The notes under the pieces: model-generated
What the model saw: only the letters and a program-made list of their open reading frames with translations
What the model was told of the DNA's origin: nothing
Databases searched by the model: none
Position numbers and translations under genes: made by a program
IMG/VR virus record: IMGVR_UViG_3300020045_015655
Span: 1 to 37,790 of that record
From: a virus
Lineage: Duplodnaviria > Caudoviricetes
Reading direction: 5' to 3' (one strand)
Length of the DNA stretch: 37,790 nucleotides
Part shown: in pieces, positions 27,867-36,002 of the stretch
How positions within the stretch are numbered: the stretch's first letter is position 1
How the letters are laid out: each line of letters begins with the position of its first letter

Positions 27867-28649
27867 TTAATTATCATTTTGGTTTTTGTTTCTTAATTTA
27901 TGTAAATAATAAGATTCATAGTCTGGGTGGTTTGGTGCTACTGGTTTATCCCATTGTTTTTCTGGACTAGGTGGGAAAGCGATAAAATCACAGCTAGCAA
28001 GTGAATCTATTAAATCATCGTGAGCACCACGAGGAAACATCATAAGCTCAAGCTCTAGATCACTAAGACCTTTATTTAGAAAAACTCTATTCCATTCAAA
28101 ACGAGGCACCATTGAGAGAATTCTCATCTCTTTTGTTTTATCTGTAGGTGGTTTAATTCCTTTGATAGGTAAGAAAATATTTCTTCGTTTCATTTCATCA
28201 GCTAGAAAATAACTAATAGCTTTTTGAAATGCCACTTCTTCAATACCAATTGCCATGCAATTAAAATTCTTTTGTAATTCAAATATTAGACTAATTAATT
28301 GCGTTGGAGTGATCTTGTATCTTTTAGCGAATCTTACAAACCACCTATTTTCGCTATCTACAGCAATGACTGTGACACCTGTAAAATCAGCGCTATCAGC
28401 TTGTGAAATTGCAGGATCTATATAGCAAAAGTTATGATGAATCTTTGGTATTGTTTCATAGTAGTGAAACCATTCTTTCTTAAATGATTGCATATCAAGA
28501 GGGATGATTTCATTTAAATACTGATTAGAAAATATGTAAGAACCTTGTTCACGTTTTTGTCGTTCTAAAAAAGCATGAGTAAGCTTCTCAGGGAAGAAAA
28601 GGGAACCGTCCTCGTTATATGCTTTTTTATAAACGACTTGCCATTGCAT
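27867..28649 (-). CDS. terL: Terminase large subunit, C-terminal nuclease half
   Basis: G..FFPE...QYLN linker; YIDPA..ADFT, IGIEE..FQ, K..RI, HDDLIDSL (RNase H-like). Confidence 0.88.
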   Translation of the reverse strand: MQWQVVYKKAYNEDGSLFFPEKLTHAFLERQKREQGSYIFSNQYLNEIIPLDMQSFKKEWFHYYETIPKIHHNFCYIDPAISQADSADFTGVTVIAVDSENRWFVRFAKRYKITPTQLISLIFELQKNFNCMAIGIEEVAFQKAISYFLADEMKRRNIFLPIKGIKPPTDKTKEMRILSMVPRFEWNRVFLNKGLSDLELELMMFPRGAHDDLIDSLASCDFIAFPPSPEKQWDKPVAPNHPDYESYYLHKLRNKNQNDN

Positions 28650-29440
28650 TAGGTTGTCACTTTTTCTTTTGATCCAATAGAAACCATCATTGATGAATCA
28701 ACAAAATACCAATTTAGTTTTGGCCAATGTTTACGACAGTAATTTGTAAGCTCAGTTGGTGTCCAAGTTCTTATATGGCCTAGTGTTCTTTTGTCCCAGT
28801 TAGGAAGGCCACCGCCACAAGTATACTTTGGTGTGCTTATCAGAACAAAGTCAGGATCAATTTGAGTTTTATAGAAGTAATGAACTATTTCATCCTCGTT
28901 CCAAAGATGTTCTATTACTTCAAAACATATAAATATGTCTTTAGTTGGTTTATCTGACTCTGTTTTGGTTTTAACAGGACACTTGATATGTGTGTTTACT
29001 GAAATTGGAGTGTAGATAAAATCTAGACCTTCATCTTGTAAACCTAAGGGGAGCCAATAGTTATAAGGCCCAAGCTCTATTATGTTTGCGGTAAAGCCTT
29101 GATTGTTAAGATCACGGACTAAATCAATTGTGACTTGGCCTCTAGGATAAAAGTGTGACTCTTTCCACTGCTTAGAGACAATTTGTTTATGATGAATTTC
29201 TGATTGTTCTATAGATTCAGATTTATCGTTTACATAATCTTGAACAGTCATGCATTGTTCATAAATAAGTCCGCGAATAGTATCAGCCCGCTTGGGATAA
29301 TTATCTCGATAATATCCTGGTAAGTTATCAAGCATGATGAGTGCAAACTTTATCTCATCAGCACAGATCATGCTTTCTACAGCATTTAGATAAGTATCTA
29401 AGTCAAAGTATTTAGGCTTACCAATTATTGAATCATTCAT
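28649..29440 (-). CDS. Class I SAM methyltransferase-like protein
   Basis: IIELGP (degenerate motif I), DIFICFEVIEHL, LISTP, HIRTWT..EL. Confidence 0.65.
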   Translation of the reverse strand: MNDSIIGKPKYFDLDTYLNAVESMICADEIKFALIMLDNLPGYYRDNYPKRADTIRGLIYEQCMTVQDYVNDKSESIEQSEIHHKQIVSKQWKESHFYPRGQVTIDLVRDLNNQGFTANIIELGPYNYWLPLGLQDEGLDFIYTPISVNTHIKCPVKTKTESDKPTKDIFICFEVIEHLWNEDEIVHYFYKTQIDPDFVLISTPKYTCGGGLPNWDKRTLGHIRTWTPTELTNYCRKHWPKLNWYFVDSSMMVSIGSKEKVTT

Positions 29441-29775
29441 TATGCTAATGTAGCACCTGTCCCATAAAACAATTGCGCAGCAATTACGGCAGTCGCGCTT
29501 GCAGTAGCTATATAAAAATTAGCAGGTCCTTCCCAAGCCCAAGGCGCAGAAGTAGGGATCGGCCATCCTGATAATACAGCGGTAGCACCTGATATATTTG
29601 CTCCACTTACTTGATTAGGTAGAATAAAAGTTGTTGCTCCTGATATAGCTTGAATTATACCACCCATACAATTTGATCCTGAATTAAAACGAGTAGGGAA
29701 TACAGATGCTCCCAAAGCATTTATAGTAAATTGTGTTGCCCCAATAACGTGAGTTTGATTTTGTGTTAAAGACAT
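29440..29775 (-). CDS. Ala/Gly/Thr-rich, structural-like protein
   Basis: Almost uncharged; repeated GAT motifs like the virion proteins. Confidence 0.6.
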   Translation of the reverse strand: MSLTQNQTHVIGATQFTINALGASVFPTRFNSGSNCMGGIIQAISGATTFILPNQVSGANISGATAVLSGWPIPTSAPWAWEGPANFYIATASATAVIAAQLFYGTGATLA

Positions 29776-30474
29776 TTAGGTCTCCTCTATTGTGTAAAGT
29801 TTTGTTTCTGGGAAGCCAGACACTTTTAATTGTTCTCTTAATATGTAACCAATGAGATCGTTTTCAGAATACCGAGTGCCTATGATTACGTATGTGCCCT
29901 CGGGTTCTAGTATGGAAAGATTGTATTTATAATGATTGATCACTTTTTGAGACTTCTCAGGTGTGTTTGAATTTGAAGGCGAATTGTAATCATCACCAAT
30001 TATATAGTCGAAATGCTGGCCTACCTTAGTTGTCCCTACTCCGCCAACTGTTATGCTTGCTTCTTTGTAAGCTTTAGTTCTTTGCCTAATGATTATTTCA
30101 GTTTCATTCCAAGTTTTAGTTTTAAATTCCCCAAAAATTGGATTAAGCAATGGTGATTCTAAATGAGCTCTTATTTCTCTAAGAAAAGTTGTTGAGTTTG
30201 TAAAAAGCTCTGAATCTATTAGAATTCTTAAATTAGGATTATTTATTAAAAGCCAAATAGGAAAGGCAACGCATCCAAGACTAGACTTAAGACTACCTCT
30301 TGGGACACAGATAAGCTTTCTTGTTACTGAGCTTTCAAGTGCTTTAATTATAGACTTATGAGTAAATGGGCTTACATCTTTATATCCAAGAAAGCATGAT
30401 GCAAAAATAAACAAACTTTGTTTTGCCGCTTTTTTCATTGCCTCAATATCACCTTGCAAAGCTAAACTACTCAT
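29776..30474 (-). CDS. terL: Terminase large subunit, N-terminal ATPase half
   Basis: Walker A PRGSLKS, GQHFDYIIGDD (Walker B), IIGTRY..NDL.G coupling motif, then a stop. Confidence 0.88.
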   Translation of the reverse strand: MSSLALQGDIEAMKKAAKQSLFIFASCFLGYKDVSPFTHKSIIKALESSVTRKLICVPRGSLKSSLGCVAFPIWLLINNPNLRILIDSELFTNSTTFLREIRAHLESPLLNPIFGEFKTKTWNETEIIIRQRTKAYKEASITVGGVGTTKVGQHFDYIIGDDYNSPSNSNTPEKSQKVINHYKYNLSILEPEGTYVIIGTRYSENDLIGYILREQLKVSGFPETKLYTIEET

Positions 30475-30958
30475 TTGTCCACTTGCTTAAAGCATCAACA
30501 ATCTTTGAACCAAGCTCAGATACGACTTGAGCTGTTTGATTGTCTTTTGTGCTATCAACGTCAATTCGTTTCACATCACGCCACTTTTCAGGTTGTCTAT
30601 TTTTTAACCAAAATATTGCGCTTGTGGTGTCAGGTTGTACAAACTCAGTATATTTATGTTCTATTACTGTGCCTGTTTTTGCATCAAAGAAAAGCTTGAT
30701 TGTCTCATATTTATAACCAAGAGCTTTTTGCAAAAGTGTAGCTTCGACTGTGTTGTCAGTAGGCTCTTTTGCGAGTTTTATTTCTTTTATTAAGTCATCT
30801 TTTTGAGTAGTCCAGTTTTCAATAGTTCTTGTAGTTAAACCCATGCATTCAGCAATTTGCTTATTAGTTTTTCCAGTTTTTGCTAGCTCTAATATTTCTT
30901 GCCCTTTTTCTGGGGTGTAATTATGTCCTGCTCTTGCGACTGCTTTTTTTCTTGCCAT
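30467..30958 (-). CDS. terS: Terminase small subunit
   Basis: HTH (TNKQIAECMG..TRTIENW); VE..L...ALGY; PDTTSAIFWLKNRQPEKWRD. Start reassigned to ATG 30958. Confidence 0.85.
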   Translation of the reverse strand: MARKKAVARAGHNYTPEKGQEILELAKTGKTNKQIAECMGLTTRTIENWTTQKDDLIKEIKLAKEPTDNTVEATLLQKALGYKYETIKLFFDAKTGTVIEHKYTEFVQPDTTSAIFWLKNRQPEKWRDVKRIDVDSTKDNQTAQVVSELGSKIVDALSKWTNE

Positions 30959-31031
30959 AATGAACAGCATACAAAATACTAAAACATAAAATATAGATAA
31001 AACTTTATCTTTTTGAAAAGAGTTTAAATTT

Positions 31032-31211
31032 ATGGCAATCAAGAGAAAACACAATCGCAATTATACAGCATATTATGCTTTTTTATTAGAACCTGAGCTT
31101 AAGATGAAGCTTGCTGAGCTTAGAATATTTCATGAAATTGACGTTGCTGAGTCGATAAGAGATATGCTTAGAAAATGGGTAATTGAAATTGAGAAAGAAG
31201 TTACGACATGA
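31032..31211 (+). CDS. 59-aa putative ribbon-helix-helix regulator (not in the ORF track)
   Basis: MAIKRKHNRNYTAYYAFLLEPELKMKLAEL...DVAESIRDML; ATGA-coupled to the next gene. Confidence 0.55.
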   Translation: MAIKRKHNRNYTAYYAFLLEPELKMKLAELRIFHEIDVAESIRDMLRKWVIEIEKEVTT

Positions 31212-31612
31212 AAATAGGGTTTACCGCATCAAGTTTTGATTTATGCCATCCAGGACATTTAATGATGCTAAAAGAGGCAAAAGAGAATTGTGATTATTTG
31301 ATCTGTGCTTTGCACGTTAATCCACAAAGCGAGAGACCTGAAAAAAATAAGCCAATCGAGACAAGCTCCGAACGGTATTTAAGACTTAGAGCTTTAACTT
31401 ACGTTGATGAGATCATCCCATATGAAACCGAAAACGAGCTTTTTGAGCTTTTATTATTGCTTAAGCCTAATGTTAGATTCTTAGGCTCTGATTATGTAGG
31501 CGAAAAGTTTACTGGAAAAGGTATTTATGGTATTGAAATTCATTACTGTGAAAGATTGCATAGATTAAGCTCATCTAATTTAAGAAATAGAATTGTATCT
31601 AATCCTTCTTAA
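31208..31612 (+). CDS. tagD: TagD-like (HxGH) cytidylyltransferase
   Basis: FDLCHPGH, KP....ER, YVDEIIPY, LGSDY, R...LSSSNLR. Substrate not determinable. Confidence 0.8.
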   Translation: MKIGFTASSFDLCHPGHLMMLKEAKENCDYLICALHVNPQSERPEKNKPIETSSERYLRLRALTYVDEIIPYETENELFELLLLLKPNVRFLGSDYVGEKFTGKGIYGIEIHYCERLHRLSSSNLRNRIVSNPS

Positions 31613-31739
31613 TTAAATCAGAAATGCATATTTGCAGAAGTTGACTAACCGTTCTTTTTTGTTTTTTTGCCAACTTTTGCAGTTTTATTTTGTCTGACTC
31701 TAGTAATCTTAGGTTTAGACGTGCTTCTTTTGTTTTCAT
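31599..31739 (-). CDS. 46-aa Arc/CopG-like RHH protein (not in the ORF track)
   Basis: MKTKEARLNLRLLESDKIKLQKLAKKQKRTVSQLL; AAGGA upstream; overlaps the next ORF in another frame. Confidence 0.7.
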   Translation of the reverse strand: MKTKEARLNLRLLESDKIKLQKLAKKQKRTVSQLLQICISDLIKKD

Positions 31740-31986
31740 TGCTATTTTCCTTTCTAGCATTGTTGATTACATCAATTAAACAATCACATTGAGCAAATAT
31801 CTCGTGTATAGATTTAATTGTTAGTTTCTTATACATAGAAAAAAATTTAGAGCAATGCATACATACTTTACATTTATAATCATTAGAATCATCAAATTTT
31901 ACAAACACGCCTTTTGTTACATTTCTTGAATCACAACAAGCACAAGTAAATGTTTCATCTTGATCTATAGTTTTCATGTTATTCAT
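31645..31986 (-). CDS. Cys-rich hypothetical protein
   Basis: AAGGA SD before ATG 31986; CACC...CKVCMHC. Confidence 0.55.
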   Translation of the reverse strand: MNNMKTIDQDETFTCACCDSRNVTKGVFVKFDDSNDYKCKVCMHCSKFFSMYKKLTIKSIHEIFAQCDCLIDVINNARKENSNENKRSTSKPKITRVRQNKTAKVGKKTKKNG

Positions 31987-32357
31987 TTGATAATCCTTCC
32001 TAGTGTGTTTTGTTTCTATATACATAATATAATGCATCTTGTCATACAAAGCAAGACAATTCTTTTAAAAAGATTAAATATCTCAGCTAAGTTTTATGGC
32101 ATTTAAAAATGATTATACTGTGACTAGACCTAAATTGGCACTACGTCCAAATATTGGAATTTACCTGAATTTTGTTGTAATTGAGACGATCCTTGTCTCT
32201 AATCGTGATGTTTCGTCATCTTAAGTCTCTAGCTTAAGGTGCGATTCTGAATGAGAATGGCGAGTCTCTCAAACTCCCAGTCCTGACCGCGTTTTAACCG
32301 TGGATACGCAGTAATTCATTAATTACTCTTTCCACAAAATTTATCAACAAAAAACTG

Positions 32358-33095
32358 ATGAAAATCAGAAGGGGTATTTCTATGTTTGAAATAAGTACAT
32401 TTCGTAATGATGATGCAAAAAAGTATGGTTTACTCGAAGCTGTAATCTTGTGGCATATAAGAGGTTTCTTAACTTGGGCAGTAACCAATAATAAAAATAT
32501 ATTTAATGGTAGGCATTGGACTTATAACTCTGTGAAAGCTTGGCAAAAGCAGCTTAATTTTTGTACTGAAAAGCAAATTAGACGAGCTTTAGATAATTTA
32601 AAAGATGAAGGTATTTTACTCACTGATAATTTTAATAAACATAAATATGATAAAACTACATGGTATTCTATAAACGATGATGCTTATTTAAGCGTTAAAG
32701 ATGACGCGCACATTAACCAAAACGGTCCAATCCATTTGCCCAAACGGGCAAAGGCTTTTGCCCAAACGGGCGAACCTATACCTAAATTATCCTCTAAGTT
32801 ATCTTCTGATGATGAGCTTAAAAAAACATCAAATAATAGTTTAAAAGAATATGAAAGTAGATTTAATACTAATTCAATAGAGTTAACCGAATACCTAGAT
32901 GAGAAAGGATTAAGATTATTGAAGAAGGATGTTCCAAAAATATTAGAGTCATTTAAAAATAAAGAAGACTTTAGGAAGTTTTTAAATGGAGTAACAAGTA
33001 GCACTGCTTATAAAAACATCAAAGAAGAACCATTAAAACAAAGACATTTAGTTTTTATTGTCAGAAAAGAAATTGGAGTAATTAAAAATGATTAG
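32358..33095 (+). CDS. Phage replication initiator (lambda O-like)
   Basis: A.KYGL.EAVIL, GRHWTYNS, QIRRAL..L...G, NFNK...DKTTWY winged helix; upstream of the helicase. True start may be ATG 32382. Confidence 0.8.
   Translation: MKIRRGISMFEISTFRNDDAKKYGLLEAVILWHIRGFLTWAVTNNKNIFNGRHWTYNSVKAWQKQLNFCTEKQIRRALDNLKDEGILLTDNFNKHKYDKTTWYSINDDAYLSVKDDAHINQNGPIHLPKRAKAFAQTGEPIPKLSSKLSSDDELKKTSNNSLKEYESRFNTNSIELTEYLDEKGLRLLKKDVPKILESFKNKEDFRKFLNGVTSSTAYKNIKEEPLKQRHLVFIVRKEIGVIKND
32713..32774 (+). repeat. Iterons / putative replication origin
   Basis: tttgcccaaacgggc at 32735 and 32757, degenerate copy at 32713; 22-bp period. Confidence 0.7.
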
Positions 33096-34290
33096 CATGA
33101 ATATTAAAGATTTTGAGGTATTTTTAAACTCATTAACTAAATCTTGGTGTTTGAGCGAAAAGAAACATTCATCATATTTGTTTTTAAAAATAGATCCTAG
33201 ATATTGGCCAGAATTAACATGTAAACGAATAATGATTAATTTTTTAGCATCATGTGAAACAAAAAACCATAGCTTTGCTAAAATGATGTTAGCTCAAGAA
33301 TTTAAAAATCTAGAGATATGTGAACTGCCTGAAATTGAGGATATTAAAACAATACTAGATTTTAATATTAAAAAGTTTGCCGCTTTAGAATTAGGATCTC
33401 AACTTATCTCAAACCCTGATAAAGCTGATTTATTAATCAAATCATTTCTCTCATCATCATTAAAATCAAATGTGGAGTTACTTAACTACAATGAATCACT
33501 TAAAACGCTCAATATTGACCATTTAACAGCTTTAGAAAAAGGTGAGGCTATGATTACCATACCTAACTTTGAAAAGCTGTCAGATGCCATTGGCGGCTTT
33601 AATAAGGGACAGTTAACTTTAATTAGTGCCTTGTCAGGCTTTGGGAAAACAAAGTTTGCGCTTAATTTATGTTCATCATCATCAAAAAAATGGCCTTCTT
33701 TGTTTTTTAATATGGAAATGAATGCCAATGATTTTATTGCCCAAGAATTGCAAAGAGCATGCGAGATATCAAACAAGGCATTTAGAACAGGCGATTATTT
33801 AACAGAATCAAATAAACTAAAAATTCTAAATTTAATAAATTCTAATAATGATAATTTTAAGTTTACAGGCGGCTCGGCAATATCTATTGAAGACTTAATT
33901 TCAACAATTTTTATGGAATGTTCAAAATATGAGTTTTCAATTTGCTATATTGACTATGATCAAAAGATTTTAACTTCTGGTAGAAAAGAAGAGTGGCAAG
34001 AAATGTTAAAAGTAGTTAGCGATCTAGAAGAAGTCGCAAAGAAAGCTAATTGTCATATAATTTTATTAACTCAAGGGAATGATGACGGTGATATAAAAAG
34101 CTCAAAGCGAGCAAAACAGCCTGCTACATCAGTTTTGAATTTAACTAAAAATGAGAATAATAATTATTATATAAAGTCTATTAAGAACAGAAAAAACAAA
34201 GCTTTTTGCTTAGGGATAGGGATGAACCACGCAATTTCAAAAGCATTTGAAAAAGATTTTATTAATGAGCAAGATACTTTTAGGTATTAG
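33088..34290 (+). CDS. dnaB: DnaB-like replicative helicase
   Basis: GGF..GQL.LI.A..GFGKT, FNMEM, IDYDQ, LLTQ, KNR. Confidence 0.88.
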   Translation: MISMNIKDFEVFLNSLTKSWCLSEKKHSSYLFLKIDPRYWPELTCKRIMINFLASCETKNHSFAKMMLAQEFKNLEICELPEIEDIKTILDFNIKKFAALELGSQLISNPDKADLLIKSFLSSSLKSNVELLNYNESLKTLNIDHLTALEKGEAMITIPNFEKLSDAIGGFNKGQLTLISALSGFGKTKFALNLCSSSSKKWPSLFFNMEMNANDFIAQELQRACEISNKAFRTGDYLTESNKLKILNLINSNNDNFKFTGGSAISIEDLISTIFMECSKYEFSICYIDYDQKILTSGRKEEWQEMLKVVSDLEEVAKKANCHIILLTQGNDDGDIKSSKRAKQPATSVLNLTKNENNNYYIKSIKNRKNKAFCLGIGMNHAISKAFEKDFINEQDTFRY

Positions 34291-34554
34291 TTGAATATTG
34301 TTAAAGATTTTTATTCTGAATTAGAATTAGCTGATGATGAGAATTCTTCATATTTAACATATGTAATAGAGTCCGTTGATATATGGCGAATGTATTTAGA
34401 AATGAATGCACCGTCAAAATTTGTACTTGATCAACAAGATATAATACTAAACACTTTACAAATATATTGTGGGAAAGAATCATCATGTGAATTTAATATT
34501 GCTGATAAGACTGTATTAATTCGAGGTGGAAACGGTATAGTAAAAACAATCTAA
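34291..34554 (+). CDS. Hypothetical protein
   Basis: TTG start immediately after the dnaB stop. Confidence 0.55.
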   Translation: MNIVKDFYSELELADDENSSYLTYVIESVDIWRMYLEMNAPSKFVLDQQDIILNTLQIYCGKESSCEFNIADKTVLIRGGNGIVKTI

Positions 34555-34572
34555 TCACAAAGAGGGGTTTTT

Positions 34573-34728
34573 GTGGATGAGAATATAGAGCTACTTACTA
34601 AATGTATTGATGCGCTAACAGTGCTTTTACTAAAGTGTGAAAACGATGAATTGTTTCGCGTGTATTCAGATTTGTGCAAGCTAAGAATAAAACTTGTTGA
34701 TAAGCGAAATAACTTGTTTACTTTCTAA
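34573..34728 (+). CDS. 51-aa helical protein (not in the ORF track)
   Basis: GAGGGG then GTG 34573. Confidence 0.55.
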   Translation: MDENIELLTKCIDALTVLLLKCENDELFRVYSDLCKLRIKLVDKRNNLFTF

Positions 34729-34777
34729 AAAAACATAGTAAAACAAACCCATAGAAACAAATCATATAGGAGGTATC

Positions 34778-35086
34778 ATGCCAAGTCATAACGGCAAAAT
34801 AGAAACAAACATTAATAAAGCACTTTCAGGTAGGTTTCAATCTACTACATATATAAATGTTAATGGTAAACGAAGGACCAAAACTAAGACTTTCGATACT
34901 TTAGAAGAAGCAAGAGCTTTTAGGGACCAAGATAAAAACTCTTTGCCTGTAGAAATCAAACAAAAATCAAAGCCAATTCTTACAGAAATAAAAACTAGTC
35001 TTCCTAAAAATGAATCATCATATGTTTTAATTATTTCTAAAGACATAGTTATGCTTAAAACTTTGCTATCTGATTTAGGTTTCTAA
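34778..35086 (+). CDS. AP2/Arm-like DNA-binding protein with an IS66 Orf1-like C-terminus
   Basis: INVNGKRRTKTKTFDTLEEARAFR; strong AGGAGGT SD. Confidence 0.55.
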   Translation: MPSHNGKIETNINKALSGRFQSTTYINVNGKRRTKTKTFDTLEEARAFRDQDKNSLPVEIKQKSKPILTEIKTSLPKNESSYVLIISKDIVMLKTLLSDLGF

Positions 35087-35087
35087 T

Positions 35088-35405
35088 ATGAAATTATTTT
35101 CAGCTAAATCAATTGTTAACGAACAGCCTCCAAAAGTTTATTATATTGAAAATATAAATATCAATTATTCTTTTCATACCTTAGAAAATCTTGCAAAAGA
35201 TCTAGGTGCCGAATTACTAAAAGGTGATATTCTTATTGTCGATAATGAGAACGGAGACAAAAGAAAAGCATTTAGAAAAACTGAACACGGTTATATAATA
35301 TTATATGCGATATTAAATAAAGTTAAATTTGAACCATTAAAAACAAAAAACTATAAAGTAATAGATAAAACTATGATATTAGATGTTTTTGAAAAAGAAG
35401 TTTAA
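35088..35405 (+). CDS. Divergent IS66 Orf2 (TnpB_IS66)-like protein
   Basis: VY...SF..L..L...LG.....G......N...D..K.......G....Y..L.K..F pattern. Confidence 0.5.
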   Translation: MKLFSAKSIVNEQPPKVYYIENININYSFHTLENLAKDLGAELLKGDILIVDNENGDKRKAFRKTEHGYIILYAILNKVKFEPLKTKNYKVIDKTMILDVFEKEV

Positions 35406-35485
35406 AATATAGGAGGTCACTTGAGTAATATCACAGTCACAAATAATCAAATTAATCACATCTTATTTAATAGTCTGGTAATTCT

Positions 35486-36001
35486 ATGAGCGAGACATTA
35501 AAAGAATTAGTACGCGATTTAAATGCGTTAGAAAGTTTAGTCATCGAAAACGATGGGCAAATTTGTGAAACATTAGAAGCTTGGATGGAAATAAATGAAA
35601 CTAATGTCGCTACTAAAGTTGACAGTTATAATTTTCTAATTGCTAGGCTAGAGAAGGGTTCAGAGTTTTTTAAAGAAAAAGAAGCTGAATATTATGCAGC
35701 TAGAAAAGTATATGAAAATCAAATTTTACGAATGAAAAACTATGTTAAAGATACGATGTTTGCCATGGGCTTAGATGAGCTTAAGGGTAATGAATATCGT
35801 TTTAAAATTAGCAAATTGAAGCCTAAAATTGTTATTAATAATATAGAAGAACTTCCACTAGAATATACTCGTGAGAAAATTACAATTGAAGTTGATCGGG
35901 ATAGTATTAAGAAAGCTTTAGATGAAGGTCTTAAAATTAAAGGCGCATCGCTTGAGACTAGTTATAGTTTAAGATCTTATTTAATTAAGAAAGGATTGTA
36001 A
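35486..36001 (+). CDS. Siphovirus Gp157-family protein
   Basis: KVD.Y coiled coil; LP.EY; DRDSIKKALDEG..IKGASL. Confidence 0.85.
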   Translation: MSETLKELVRDLNALESLVIENDGQICETLEAWMEINETNVATKVDSYNFLIARLEKGSEFFKEKEAEYYAARKVYENQILRMKNYVKDTMFAMGLDELKGNEYRFKISKLKPKIVINNIEELPLEYTREKITIEVDRDSIKKALDEGLKIKGASLETSYSLRSYLIKKGL

Positions 36002-36002
36002 A

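Noticed and set aside
28649-29775. Group I intron or intein interrupting terL
   Set aside because: The space is fully occupied by coupled ORFs; no intein termini, homing nuclease or intron core visible. Only RT-PCR can exclude it fully.
32096-32224. 42-aa ORF in the intergenic region
   Set aside because: No RBS or motif; the region is better explained as regulatory.
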